Positions 26,481 to 40,135 of a stretch of 64,000 nt of DNA are shown one piece after another. The DNA is from Phyllosticta citribraziliensis (taxonomy: Eukaryota): the NCBI RefSeq assembly GCF_038025025.1, contig NW_027117340.1:2108001-2172000 (forward strand), given 5' to 3'. Numbering within the stretch: the stretch's first letter is position 1; the number at the start of each line of letters is the position of its first letter. Position numbers and translations under genes: made by a program. The notes under the pieces were generated by a model. It was not told the DNA's origin. It saw only the letters and a list, made by a program, of their open reading frames with translations, and did not search any database.

Positions 26481-27666
26481 ATGGCGAACGCAAACGCATA
26501 TCTGCCTCCGCGGGAGACGACGCAGCCACTGCTCAACAGTATTCCGGACAAACTCCTCCCAAGATTTGACCCTGCCTTTGTGGAGCACCATAACAGGAAC
26601 CAGCGCGGACGCCTTCATACTCATCAAGTTCCAATCGAGTGGTATCGCGCTGATCCCCAAAAGTACGCCATTGTTTGGGGCCGCGAAACATTCCCCAATG
26701 CCAAAGTGAAGATCACGGAGGAAAACTGTCCGGTAAAGGATGGTGAAATAGGAATCCGAATCTACGAGCACGTTGACTCTGGGATCACGGGAGAGAAGCG
26801 TCCAGTCTACATGAACTTCCACGGGGGCGGCTGGGTTTTTGGAAACTTGGACACCGATCAAGAGTTCTGCAAGATGATAGCGCACAAATTGGGTTGCGTC
26901 GTCTTCGATGTCGACTACCGCCTTGCTCCGGAATTCCGGCACCCAACACAAGTACAAGATACTTGGGCCGCCTTCCAGTGGATGCGTCAGCAGAAGTCGG
27001 ACGAGTATAGGCTCGATTTGGACCGCGTGGCAGTTGGAGGGGCGTCAGCCGGTGGCCATCTCGCTGCTGTGGTGGGTCTCAAGTGCCGTGATGCCGGTAT
27101 TCCGCTCGCCTTTCAGGTCCTGCATGTCCCTGTGTGTGACATGCACGTCTTTACACCAGATGGGAAGTTGCGTGAGGATTGCTCGTACCCCAGTTACAAG
27201 GAGCTCTGGGTATGTCTTTTGGAACCCTTGTAGGTCACTCGCTATTGCTGACACTTTCGAGGAAACCGTGGCGCTCTCTGGCGAGCGGATGACGTACTTC
27301 CATAACCACTTTCTTGGGAACCCGAGGCCCAAGGAGTTTGAAAGCGTAAGTCTGATGCCCGGGGGCACCCTCTCTTGAAGCTCACTGAATCGGCAGCACT
27401 GGGAAATCTCGCCGATTCGGCATCCGAATCTGGCTGGGCTGGCACCCGCTTTCATCGCAACGGCAGAGATGGATCCATTGAGAGACGAAGGTGAGGCCTA
27501 TGGTAAGAAAATGCGAGAGGCTGGCAATCAGGTTGAGATCTGGCGGGCTCCTGGCGTCCCGCATACATTTGGAATCCTTGGCGGTGTCCTGGAGACTGGT
27601 AGGCAGTTCAACAAGAAGGTCGTCGAGGAGCTGGCAAAGGCGTTTGGGGTTACAGTGCTGGCGTAG
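26481..27666 (+). CDS. Alpha/beta hydrolase fold-3 (HSL-family) esterase/lipase, 3 exons
   Basis: HGGGWVFG oxyanion motif, VDYRLAPE, GASAGG nucleophile elbow, AEMDPLRDEG acid and GVPHTF catalytic His. Confidence 0.92.
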
Positions 27667-27997
27667 GCGTTGCGAAGTTGGTGGGGATCTGGATCAAGGC
27701 AGGCTTTTGAGCCAGAAAATTGATGACGACCCGAGTTGGCAAAGGCATTTCAATGGAGTTGCAGAGCGTGGTGTTGTCGCGAAATGCTGCGAGTTGGTGG
27801 CATGAGTCGTTCTGCACGGGCCGCCAGACCTCTGCCGAGTCATTTGACGCTAGTCCGCGAAGGGCACGTCAAGCGAGCGGCACGGAGAAAATCCATCGCC
27901 AACGCTCGTTCGCTGCACCTCCAGTCGCGACTATTTGAACCAGGCGCAGGATATCCATCTCTTTGCGCACCCAACGACAACACATCACATCGTCAAA

Positions 27998-28597
27998 ATG
28001 GTTCAGGGACCTGTACGTTCACCCAAATCGCTTTGCTGCCTGCCGACCTCTTGAATGAGTCCTCGGCCATGAGAGCAGTAGGCTAAGTGTTCAATAGAAG
28101 AGACCTCACGGCGCCGGCGGCATCAAGGGCGGCCCCAAGAAGAACCAGAAGATCACGAAGAAGGTATGACGGATTGTTCTCAAGCTTGCCGTCGCATTGG
28201 AGCTCACAAGTCCCGCAGTTCATCATCAACGCGTCGCAGCCCGTCAGCGACAAGATCTTCGACATCACCGCCTTCGAGAAGTTCCTTCACGACCGCATCA
28301 AGGTCGATGGCCGCACCGGCAACCTCGGCGACACCATCCAGATCTCTCAGCAGGGTGACGGAAAGATCGAGGTCATCGCCCACCGCGAGTTCTCTGGTCG
28401 CTACCTCAAGTACCTGTGAGTTGGACCGACAGGGCACACGCCACATACAACGGCTGACGCATATTTTCAGGACCAAGAAGTTTCTCAAGAAGCAGCAGCT
28501 CCGTGACTGGCTCCGCGTTGTCTCCACCGCCAAGGGTGTCTACGAGCTCCGCTTCTTCAACGTCGTCAACGACGAGGCCGAGGAGGATGACGAGTAG
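27998..28597 (+). CDS. RPL22: 60S ribosomal protein eL22, 4 exons
   Basis: [55 protein letters not shown] and an acidic tail. The micro first exon is 27998-28012. Confidence 0.97.
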
Positions 28598-28924
28598 AGC
28601 AAGATACCCATGATATCAAATGAAATAGCATGAAGAGCTCTTGCCTCTCATCTTGGCAATCCTCACAAGCACTCCCTTCGCAAACTTCGTGATTGCTCAA
28701 ATCTGGGTCGTGAAACAGTCAAACATTCGAAATGGCTAATCTACAATTTGCGCAAAACCAACGTGGAATTGAAGGAAGGTATTCAAGCTGGAGCGCATTC
28801 TACCGCTACCAAGAGGTAGTCTTTACACACGCTAAGAAGTGAATAGGCCCTTGATGCAACCGCTTTCGTCAATCAGAATGAAATGGCCTTGGTCGATAAC
28901 GTTTCCAAGTGATCCCTTGGCCTC

Positions 28925-29581
28925 CTAGTTTTTGTCCTTGGTCACTGGAACTGGTGATTGCGTCCTGAGCTGGACGGCAGTCGCGCTATCATCAGTCGTT
29001 GAGGTAGGATCCCACTTGATGAGATAAAGTCCATCCGTCTCTGTGGGAGTGGCGCGGTAATTCATCTCAATGTCCCCAGAGCTTGAAATATGATATGCCC
29101 AAGCACCGTACAGCCCAAAGCCCGTGGTAGTCCCCGAGTCTTGCGAGGTCGACACGCTGACGGTCTCCAGCCCCGAGTCGGAAGCTTGAATTGTCCAGTA
29201 ACCGGTGCTGGATCCATTGGAACTGTCGACAGTGACGTGCCAGGTCGAGTCTCTGGCATCATCCGTGGAAACTACAAAGTCAGAGACGAAACATCAAGAG
29301 CAAGGAACGCTTACTGGTCAGGTTGGAAATGCTTGACTTGTCCAAGGAAGACGAGTCACCCGCGTATACGAGGCCTAATAATATGGTCAGCAAACCATGC
29401 CGGAGTCGAACGACGTAATTCGACTGAGCCCACCATCGGATGCGAAGACATTCAGTCCGACCATGTCCTCCCCCGAGTATGCGAACAGCTTGAAGTTCTC
29501 GGCCCGAGGCCTCAACACGGCACATCCACCCTGATGGACGACAGCCAAAAAGACTGCCGCCAGTGGCAAGATCGACTTCAT
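28925..29581 (-). CDS. Small secreted protein of unknown function, about 180 aa, 3 exons
   Basis: Signal peptide MKSILPLAAVFLAVVHQGGCA. Two canonical introns join FKLFAYSG..GLNVFASDGLVYAG to TTGFGLYGAW..YRATPTETDGLYLIKW. Confidence 0.75.
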
Positions 29582-31947
29582 TTGAAAGATTCAAATCGCA
29601 AGAGAAGGCTTGGAAGGAAAGTGAAAGAATTCGGGCTTGAATGAACGGACAGGCGAGTTCTAACACCCGAGCGAAAAAATACTTTGAAAAGGACGTGCCA
29701 CGATTAAGTATCATTGCGACTACTGCCGGGAAAGCACGAGGCTGGATTTTACATGCGTATCTGAGGTCCACAACCCTCGGGCGCTTGTCGCTCCGAACCA
29801 GCCCCTGCAGTACTCGCAGCTGAAGGGTCAACGGGCCACGAGGATTGCGTACACAACACACCAGCCGCAGCGACGGGTGCCCCTGCCGAGCCCGAAGACA
29901 CATGTACGTCTTACTCGCGGCCTGAATCAAGTGCGCCTCTGAACGCCGCGTGGTTGTCCAAACGGATGAGGATTACTGTTTCGGACGGGCCAAGATGCAG
30001 CCTGTAAGCACGTCCGCTCTCCGCGTCTGCACGTCGGCGGTACCAAGGCTGCACCACCATTCAGCCAGGTACCTGTACCGACAGGCAGCTGCTTCTCAGG
30101 TGACGCGCGTTCACCAGCACCCGTCGTGCATTTCCAACCTTTGTATAGCGTCTCTTCGTCGTCAACGTACATGACGATCATGAACCTCGACATCCAACAA
30201 GACCCAGTCCTGAAGTCGGCCAGGATGTCTTATCCGCCGCCAATTGTCGGGACAAGGGTATATTCTTCAATCCCGCACTCGGGTGAGCCCTGCAGTGACG
30301 CCCGAAGCTCGAGCTCCTCGGCCGGTCTCGCCTACTTTGAATCACCTGGACGCGGAGAATGTTTGGAGTTTTATGGCCATGCAATCCTCGCTCTGGAGTC
30401 AGCATTTCCAAAGAAGGATAGCACAGCGAGGAGCTGAATTAGCGAGCTCGAATCCCCGTCATGATCATCGGAATGGCAGCGTTGCTCGACATCTCATCAC
30501 CAGCTTGGCCTTGGGGCCAAGTCTGCCGCTCATAGAAGTGGCAACAAGAATGCGTGATTTGCCGCGGGGAATCTGGAAAGTCGGGTCACTGGACAGGGGT
30601 CTTCGCCAACAGTTCTTACACCTCACACCGTGCGAAAGTCTGCGCCCAGTCCGCAGCGTTGGGAATTCGGCGAGATGCTGACGCAGATCGTGGAAACTCG
30701 CCAATCCGGGGTGAATCCGCCCCACAGGGTGCCACGGCGCTCGGGGGCCAACCTTACCCGAACACTTTTACATCGACATGGACTACTCAAGCTTGTTGCA
30801 TTCACCAAATAACAGCCAATACCAGGGATGCTGTGCTTGCTGTAGGGATTTTGTTCCTGGCCGAGGCGTCGCTGGAACGCTCCTCGAGAGCATGCACGAC
30901 TCGGCACCGTTTTGTCCCTTCCGCTTACGTTCACGCTTCGTATGTGTGACTGTCCAGGCCAACAGTTCGTACCAAGACCCATGTTGCGGCGCAGCCTTAC
31001 GACTCTTTCACTGCTCATGTGCTGCACCTTTGAAAAGCATGCACAGCCAGCTGTTTCTGCGCTTATCAAGCATGGCGCTCTGCAACCCTCGCCCCGCTAC
31101 AGCCACGGCGAAAGAGTCGTGGCATATTTTGACCGTTCCGACCGTTTGCAAGGAACATGGAATCCAAGACCCATTTTTGGCCGCCACCAGTGTCAGCTGG
31201 CTGATCTATCCGTCCAAACTTGGCAACGCATCGTCATCAGTCAGGCAATGTACTGATGCGAGAGGCAAGGCCTTCGTCAGCTTTGGTGCAAACAGGGGAA
31301 AGCGAGTCTTGATCGGAGCTTTTGATAACTTCTAGGCAGCCTTGCACCTGATGGGGTGGTCTCACGACATGTCGACAAGTATTGAAGCGTCTGCATGCAA
31401 TCTTACTATCCCGATGTTACTGGGGAAAAATCGGCCTGACCGGATCTCGGTTTGAATGCTTCCACCACGCGGAACAAGCGCCCAGGGCTGCGATTTCTGG
31501 TCAGCTACACCACCGTAATCGCAGTCTGGGCGCTGGCGGATGCTGCGGTACGTTCTTGATGTCTACGTTGTCGCTAAGGCCCACAAGTTGGACAAGGTGC
31601 AGTGCATCTGCAGCCCAAGGCTGCATTTCTTTGCGGACGAATTGTATTGAACGTGCATCGCCTGCGGCCGGCGAGACATCCAATCGAGGTCAAGCGCAAA
31701 CAGGCACTCCCGAGAAGGCTTCAGGAGAAGGATTGAAGCTGAGAAGATGTGCTATCTTTGAGAACAAGCTTGAAAAGAGGCTCATCTGACCCTCCATCTT
31801 ACGGTTTGTATAATAGGTCCAACTTCAGCCATTGCGAAGGCAAAGCAAATCATTCCTTCTCTTTCCAGTCTTTGGTTGACCACGCTCACTGCTTGTTTAA
31901 ACCTTGTTTCCTCTTTTTTCTTCTGTACAGGTCCAGGGTTGCCCAAC

Positions 31948-34305
31948 ATGTGGACTTCTCTGTTGGCCAACGTCTTGCTATTTGGGTCTCTCGCAGTCGC
32001 TTATCCACAAGCATCCGTGACTGGAAATGGAACTTCACCTTCGTCCACTTCTGCTACAGCAACACCAACCCAGAACACAACATCGACAGCTCCTACTGCA
32101 ATTTGCTCCGGCAACACGGCTAGCGACAGAAGCCAGTGGTGCGACTATGACCTCTCCACGAATTACTATGATGAGGTCCCGAACACTGGCGTCACCGTCG
32201 AGGTAAGTGCTTAAACACTGTGTTCTTCGAACATGTTCTCTTTCGCTTCACTATTTGCCTGCCAAAAATGGTCGGCCGATTACTTGAGGTCGGCGGTTTT
32301 TTAGCTCCGCATGCATATGTACATCTCCGTCGTATTCTGCGTCAGCCCTAAACTCGTATCACGGCTCTCCAACCTTTGGTGTACCTTGCATCAAAGCTCC
32401 TGGAATCCCCTCAAGGCACCGATGCTCTATTGCTTCCTGATGTCATCTTGCGAGGCGTCTGACTAACAGTTGTCCAGTACTGGTTCGACGTTGTCAACAT
32501 GGATGCTGCGCCAGATGGATTCTCGCGCCCCATCATGGCTGTCAATGGAACGGTACCTGGTCCCGCGATCGAATGCAACTGGGGTGACACAGTCGGTACG
32601 GAGCCTCCCGACTCCTCCCGCCTAGGGCAAAACATTGGTTCTGACTTCAGCAGTTGTTCACGTGAGGAACAGTTTGACGAACGGCAATGGAACCGGTACG
32701 CTTTCCTCCTTGAATTGGAAAACACACTGCTAACATTCGGCCGAAAAGGCATTCACTGGCACGGCATTCGTCAAAACTGGACCAACTATGAAGATGGAGT
32801 CCCTTCCGTCACTCAGTGCCCCATAGCCCCTGGCGACTCCATGACTTATACATGGAGGGCAACAGCCTATGGCTCGACGTGGTATCACAGTCATTTCTCC
32901 CTTCAAGCCTGGGAAGGTGTTTTCGGCCCCATCATCATTCATGGGCCTGCCTCTGCCAACTACGACGTGGATCTCGGCCACCTCATGTTGAGCGATTGGA
33001 GCCACCAGACTTCTTTTGAACTCTATTCCTACGCCCAGACTCAAGGTCCCCCGCCGATCGACAACGGTCTTCTCAATGGTATGAATGTCTGGAATAATTC
33101 TGGCACCCTCGAAGGCTCCCGCTGGGAGACCAATGTATCCTCGGGAAGCTCCTACCGTTTGCGTCTCGTGAAGTAAGTATCTACGCGACACTCACAGCGC
33201 AGAGATGCTAATGCGTGGTCTTACAGTACTGCCATCGATACACACTACAAGTTTGGTATTGACAACCACACTGTAAGCAATATCTCGCCGACTGCTGCCG
33301 TCAAGCGCTGACCAAATCGTAGCTTACTGTCATCGCGATGGATCTGGTCCCAATCAATCCGTACACCACCGATGTCCTAGATATCACAATGGGCCAACGC
33401 TACGACGTCATCGTCAACGCCGACCAAGGAAGCGGCGACTACTGGGTTCGCGCCGTCCCGCAGTCGAGTTGCTCTTCCAACAATAACCCTGACGACATCC
33501 GAGGAATCCTCCGCTATGATGCTTCTAGCACAGCAACTCCTACGACAACGCCGTACACCAAGTTCAACAATACTCTTTGCGTGGATGAGCCGTACGAGAG
33601 CCTAGCCCCCTACATGTCTGTGTCGCCCACAAACCCCACGACCGGCGGTGACGATCTGGACGTGACCGTCGGCACCGTCAACAACCTCTTCAAGTGGTAC
33701 ATCAGGTCAGTAACATGAGCAAGAAGCGCCTTGATCTCGTCCTTTCTGACGTATCTATTTCAGCAACCGCACCTACGAGGTCCCGTGGGAAGACCCGACG
33801 CTCGAGTCCATCTACAACAACGACACCAACTGGTCCGACAACGACCACGTCGTCACCCTCGACCAGGTCAACGAATGGGTCTACTTCGTTATTGAGACAT
33901 CGCAGGGCGTACCGCATCCGATGCATTTGCACGGTCATGATTTCAGTATCCTCGCGACGGGCAATACGACGTACGACAGCTCCGTGGCGCTCAACACGGC
34001 CAACCCGCCGCGCCGCGATACGGTCAACCTGCCCACCATCGGCTACGTGGTGATTGCCTTCTTGACCGACAACCCCGGCGCGTGGCTTATGCACTGCCAT
34101 ATCGGATGGGTGAGTTTTTGGGGGAACAAGCATTGATGGTGGCTAACACGTATCGCAGCACACAAGCGAAGGCCTCGCCATGCAGTTCGTCGAGCGGGCC
34201 AGCGAGATCGGCGACAGCGGGATCGACGTCCTGAACTCCGTCTGCGATGCGTGGGACGCGCATGTGGCAGAAGAAAACATCGAGCAGGACGACTCGGGCG
34301 TGTAG
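31948..34305 (+). CDS. Secreted laccase (multicopper oxidase, AA1), multi-exon
   Basis: Signal peptide; copper motifs [18 protein letters not shown] and MHCHIGWH (the last split by an intron). Ascomycete C-terminal DSGV precedes TAG 34303-34305. Confidence 0.95.
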
Positions 34306-36341
34306 AAAGCCACGCTCACGACTTCACTCGTTCGTCTTCCTTCCAGCATTTTTATATCCACTTGTTTTTCTCCTCGGCGTGCGGCGGACGGCTTGGCCTG
34401 GTTTGGAAACATTTGAAATCTACTACTTTTTCAGTGTTCGTTTTTGCTATTTAGCCGTTTTCTTCTCCTCCACTATGGTATTGTGGAGGAGGAGCCGGAA
34501 AGAGACGTGGTCGCCAGAAACGGAAACATCGTTCGTGCAGCAGTTGGATCATGCCGACTGGACTGGAGCTGGATTGTTCAGGCCTGGAACTGTATAGAAT
34601 GAGCCACACTCATCTACCGCGGACCTCTTGTTTTGCATACCATCATCTCGGGACTTGTAATATCGAACCGAAATATCATCGCATTTGGGAGACGTGCCAG
34701 ATGTTCAAAGACCTTAATTGGTTTGGAGCCTCTTTGCTCCGCAGATGCTTGAATTGAAGTTCAGGAAGACCGCAGAAGATGTTTGTTTACCATTGCTGTC
34801 GACAAGACATAGAAGTCAATTGCGGAAGGTCCCAGCACACTCCTTCGACGTTCTACAAATTGGCCAGGTCTAGAACAGCCAAGAGCCCCGAACCACAAGA
34901 GGATAGCTCCCATAGAAGCCGCCTCCCGCCCGCTGTCAACGAGTCGAGGCAGCAAGCAAGAAAGCGAGCAAGCAAGCCTTCCAGTGGCCAGCCCGCCGAC
35001 CATTCCGCCGCCGCCGTCGCGCGAACCGCTCCCACAGCCGCTCCCGCAGCCGCCACTCCGCTTCCGCTCGGGAGACCGGCATTTAGCGCCAGGGCGGCGG
35101 GCAGCCTAAAATTCGGAGTGGAAACGGGGCTGAGGGCGTCTGTGCCTCGCCAGCAAAGAATCGAAACAATAATTTGTCAGTTCCCCCGTGCTGTCATATT
35201 CGCCAGTCGTTCGTGGAAAACGGGATCGACACTTCGTGATTGAGAGGATCAGCCCGGCTACAGGTACTCCATGACACTGCAGCCAGGGGGGCTCTTGGGG
35301 GTACCTAGACCGGTCAACATTTGGGACCAAACAACTTGGAGCCCTCAAAAGCCGTTTAGTGGCCGACCGGCCAACTGCCTGCCCCAAGCGTCGCCCAAAG
35401 GACTTTCTCGAGGCTTACGCTGGCAAAGCCGGCAGCGCGCTGCAGCATATGTAATAACAGCTCGCTCTCGCTTGCTCTTCGGCCAGATCGGCGCTCATTC
35501 GGAGCACGCACCGTCATCCAGTCCTCGATCCTTCCCGAAACCGATCCATTGGTCCCGACGCTGGCTGGCTGGCGGCGAAAGGGTAAAAAATCAAACTGCC
35601 TTTGATCGCGCCGCTGCCACCTGCCTTTCGGCACTCCTCCAGCTGCAATCACAGGCATGACGATAACGACAGGCCTGCCGCAGGTCTCGGCATGGCCGGC
35701 ATCCAGCTCGTCAGTGTCGCAACCACCAATGGCAGAGTTCACGAAGCGAGCGTGCGGAGGAGCAGTGGAGCTGCTGAGAGGAGCGTCGGGCTTGGCGGCT
35801 GCTTGGCTGATGGCGGAAACGCCCGTCGTTTGGGGCTCAGTGTCCGTCGGCGGGAATTTTGATTGTTTTGAACTGGACAGAGGCGCGTATTCGCGGCGAG
35901 TCAAAAGGGTCTGTGTGGGCGGCGGTGGTGGTGCGTGGTGAGGCCGAATTCAGTTGGGCAAATTTTTCCGCCCGGGGGCTACTTGGGGTCGCTGTTAAGG
36001 CCAGGTCCAAAGATTGATGACTCGCTCGGTGACCTGCTGCGGTGACGACTGTTGTGTCATACAGCCCTCGCGATAGCTCTTGGGTTCCTGCCTTGTTCCT
36101 TTGGTCCTGTTGCAGCTGCGTTTGACCTTCTCTTCCAACAGGCACAGGCAATTTTTCAACAAAAGCCTGCGCCTCGCGCCGAACCGCAATTAGCCACCCG
36201 GCAAACACATACGATCTCTTCCTCGCAGTCCAGTCCATCGTCATTGTCTGTCGGCAGTCCATCTTGAGCGTGTCTCTATCAGTCTCCCGGACTTTGCAGT
36301 TACCGCCGTCGTTCGTCATCGATAGGACCCCTCTTCAACAC

Positions 36342-38103
36342 ATGCTCGAAGCAACACCAAGTCCTCACCAGTACCAGCCTGCCACCAGGATGCCTCCACC
36401 TTGGATGCACCCGGCTCTGCAGGACACGGACTCTGAGAAGTCCATGCCGCGGTCCGGAGGCCGTCCGCCATGGTTCAACTCATTGCCAAGCAGCGATTCT
36501 CAACCCAAGAGTCTCGCTGCTTGTGGGGTTCCTAATAGTGTATGCCCGCACGGAAATGGAAGCACGGCGCTGCTTGCGTCTCAAGGAATAGTACCGGTGC
36601 CAGATGGAGAGGCAGAAAAACCGTCGACAACATCGTCATCAGAGATAGCTTCGTTGCGTGCGCCACGGTGTCTTGAAGGTGAGGATGGCGGGAGCATTCT
36701 GTGGAAGCTCATAAAGAACTATACGCCTTCGTGGGTGAGTACCCCCAATTGAATGCTCTTCCAAGCTCTTTTCCAAAGCACGTAGCTTACTCCGGCAGTA
36801 CTCCATAACCATGGCCACCGGGATGGTAGGGCTCATGCTCCATGCTTTCCCATATTCGAACGACTCCATACCCATCATCTACGCCGTCCTCTTCATCATC
36901 AACATCATTACGTTTCTTGCCATCACCATCTTGACCATCTTGCGCTACGCACTCTTTCCCAAGACATGGAGCGCAATGTTGCGCCACCCGATGCAGTCTC
37001 TTTTTCTTGGATGCTGCCCCATGGGTCTGACCACACTAATCAACCTCTTCATCTTTGTTTGTATAGAGGATGCGGGATGGAATTCCTCGTGGGCGCCGTA
37101 TTTTGCTTGGGCGCTGTGGTGGGTCGACGTCGTGATGGCGTTGGCTTGCTCCTGCGGATTGCCGTTTTTGATGTGCGAGCCCCAATGTCTCATCTGATTT
37201 GCTGGTCCAGGCTGACCTGACATGACAGGATGTATGTGCACCCAAGCACAAATCTTTCAGCAATGACGGCAGTGTGGCTGCTTCCGGCCGCCACGCCAAT
37301 TGTTACAGCTTCGAACGGTGCCACGGTCGCTTCTATCCTGCCGAACCAGTCGCATGCCATGATCACTCTGCTCACAAGCTTTGTCTTGTGGGGCATCGGT
37401 TTCCCAATGGCCCTCCTGACACTGGCCATCTACTTTCATCGTCTGGCCATGCACAAGCTCCCGCCGCGCGAGATGATCATCACCGTATTTATGCCGTTGG
37501 GTCCGATTGGGCAGGCGGCTTACACGTGAGTACCCGGAGTGTCGTTCCGCAGACGGATACTGATCTTTTCAGGATTATGAATCTCGGAAAAGAATCTCTG
37601 GTTTTGTTCCCAAAGGTAGGCAGTCATTCCAAGCTCTTTCTCAACCTCAACTGACCACTCATAGACTGGAACTCTTCACGAATTGGCCGGTGATGTCCTG
37701 TACATCATGGGATTTGGTGTTGCCATCATACTGTGGGGGTTTGGTCTCGTTTGGGGATTTTTCGCCGTCGCCTCTGTCACGCGCTCCCGATTTCCGTTCA
37801 ACATGGGATGGTGGGGATTCACGTTTCCGACAGGCGTTTACGTGCTAGCAACGTTGCAGCTAGGAGCCGAACTTCCGTCGGCTTTCTTCAATATCCTTGG
37901 CATGGTAGGTTGCGTCTTCGAACTTGGGAAAAACCAACTGACGATCTTAGATCATGGGTATCGTCACAATCCTGATTTGGTTTCTCACGGTCGTCGTTAC
38001 GATTCGCAAAACTCTTCTCGGACAAGTTTCATTTGCAGCATGTCTGCAGCGATCAGAAACATTCCGGCGGTGGAGGAAAGGCCACAATAACGACAGCGTG
38101 TAA
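36342..38103 (+). CDS. SLAC1/TDT-family anion transporter (Ssu1 sulfite efflux / Mae1 dicarboxylate transporter-like), multi-exon; start uncertain
   Basis: NYTPSW..MATG, HPMQSLFLGCCPMG, MTAVWLLP, FMPLGPIGQ and FNMGWWGFTFP. The last exon ends at TAA 38101-38103. Confidence 0.9.
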
Positions 38104-38164
38104 TGGCGACAAGACAATAATGTTAATACAAATCTTTCTCATCTCCAGGCTCAGACCAGATCTT

Positions 38165-39409
38165 TCATGTCAAGCTTAGGTTTTCGAGGTCGAAAGTCGG
38201 GTCGTAGTCCGTTCGATCTCGAAGATCCATCCACTTGTCCAATCCGACCTTAGTCCAACCCCGTTCTCTCAAGATTCCCAGGCGCTCTTCATCGTCAATC
38301 ATATCGGTGAGGTGGCGACAGCGATAGTCACGACAAGTGACAGACGTCAGGCTCCTCAACCGCGGCCAAGCGAACGCTATCCCCAGCATGTTGTAGCTGA
38401 ACCTGAGTTCTTCCCAAAGATCGGCGTGCTGAGCACGAAGCATGCGATCCGGATCGTCCATGATGTTGGAATCAGGGTCGGGTGCAAGCTGACAGTCAAA
38501 TGCCCGATTTCCCAACTCAAGGGCCGCAGGAGAACTTTGATTTCTCCAGGCAAGCTCGCTGATCAGCCACTCGAGCACTGGCTGCAGGTTTTCGCTGATT
38601 GGAAAGATGGCGACGTACGTCAGAGATTGTGGTACGTAGGAATCCACGTCTTTTTGGAGCAAATCGCCGAGAATGCTTGGGGAACGCTTGTACTGGTACT
38701 CGTACAAGCTGTATGCCTTGATGGAGGATCCTTCGTTGTATCCGACATGGGACCAGCGTCTCTTTGTCATGAGCGGGGCGGCAGGATTCAAATGTCTCGT
38801 CTCTCTTGGACACATTTCGGGCGGTTCAGCGCCAAAATGCTCTGGGTCCTGTCGCAACTCGACCAAGTGGTAGGGCATGTCGAAAGCCCAGGCATCCACG
38901 AAGCATCTTCCAGGTGAGCCTGTCAATGTCGCAAGGCTAGTCGGTGGGGCGGCAATTTTGACAATTTGTGGCTCAATGCAAGAGAAAATGGTGTCCCAGA
39001 AGTCAATAGCCTGGTCTTGGTTGATTTTCCGATCATTGGCGCTCTCGGGGACGATCTCGATGCTCGTACAAACCACAAAGGTCTTGACATGTCTGTTCAT
39101 CTCATTCCGCTTTGAGAAGTCCAAAAACTTGGCAACTTCTGGTCCAAGGTCTCGCAACCAGTAACGATTCGTGGTGGATCTGCGGGACGCCCCCTGTAAC
39201 GAACCCAGTGAGATCCTGGCATGGCGAAAGAGGGCCGGTATCACAATGCGGCGCCAGGAACGGTTGACAAGTGACAGACTCTTGAGGGTGCGTTGTTGGG
39301 AGCAAGCAAAGTGCTGAGACGGCTCTTCAAAGAAACGCGTGGTTGACGGAGGCTCGGAATCGAGGTAGGAGAGGATTTGCAGGCGCAACTCGTTGGGGAT
39401 CGCGTCCAT
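38165..39409 (-). CDS. F-box domain protein
   Basis: Single long ORF; N-terminal MDAIPNELRLQILSYL...LKSLSLVNRSWRRIV..LF F-box pattern. Confidence 0.8.
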   Translation of the reverse strand: MDAIPNELRLQILSYLDSEPPSTTRFFEEPSQHFACSQQRTLKSLSLVNRSWRRIVIPALFRHARISLGSLQGASRRSTTNRYWLRDLGPEVAKFLDFSKRNEMNRHVKTFVVCTSIEIVPESANDRKINQDQAIDFWDTIFSCIEPQIVKIAAPPTSLATLTGSPGRCFVDAWAFDMPYHLVELRQDPEHFGAEPPEMCPRETRHLNPAAPLMTKRRWSHVGYNEGSSIKAYSLYEYQYKRSPSILGDLLQKDVDSYVPQSLTYVAIFPISENLQPVLEWLISELAWRNQSSPAALELGNRAFDCQLAPDPDSNIMDDPDRMLRAQHADLWEELRFSYNMLGIAFAWPRLRSLTSVTCRDYRCRHLTDMIDDEERLGILRERGWTKVGLDKWMDLRDRTDYDPTFDLENLSLT

Positions 39410-40135
39410 GATGATGTGGATAGGAGATGAAGGGAGAAGAATGGAGCAGTTGCTCGGTGCGAGAAGCGATGTTGACCACCTAAGCACCAGAAGGGAGGGC
39501 GTGACGGGCCGCCCCCGCGCCCTCCCTGGTGACGTCGGTCGGCTGGCTGTTCGGCCAGCTCGGTCGGGCTCGGGGGGAACCAACTCCACAACCACATCTC
39601 ATCCCTTATTCCCGGATCACCATGACCTTCGACATGATCATTTGCGCGACATCACGAACCCCGATCCGTCAGCTGTCTCATGGCCATGACCCCACCTGTA
39701 CATCCACCCACAACCGCTCGGCTGCCACGATTTCTTCGAAGCAACCTCGTATCAGCGTGACATTCTTGCCGTTCCGAGACCCTTGATTCTCTCCAGGCCC
39801 AAACAGGCATAAAGATCACCATGGCCAAAGGCTACTGGCCCTTTGCATTCAAGAATAGCAGCAGTCGAGGCTGTTGATTCGCGACGTTTCGTTGCGAGCC
39901 GCTCTTGGGCCCACGCTACGCAACTCCGCAGGGTTTGCATACTACTGCGCACCAAGACCATCTCTTAAGTGATTTCAGTGCCTCTCTTTGTCTCCAAGCA
40001 ACGGCCATCTGGTTGCCGCTCAGTTCCTCCAACTTGTTGTACATCTCACTCAACCCGTCTATAAATCCAACCATTTGCGCCAAACAGTTTCCAAAGAACC
40101 GAGTTCCTGCATTCGTTCAAACCAACAAAAGCTTT

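Noticed and set aside
35356..36319. Minus strand ORFs with a GTATGT donor and GCTAAT branch-like site, divergent from the Ssu1-like gene
   Set aside because: I could not assemble a continuous spliced frame with a credible start; low complexity and no motifs.
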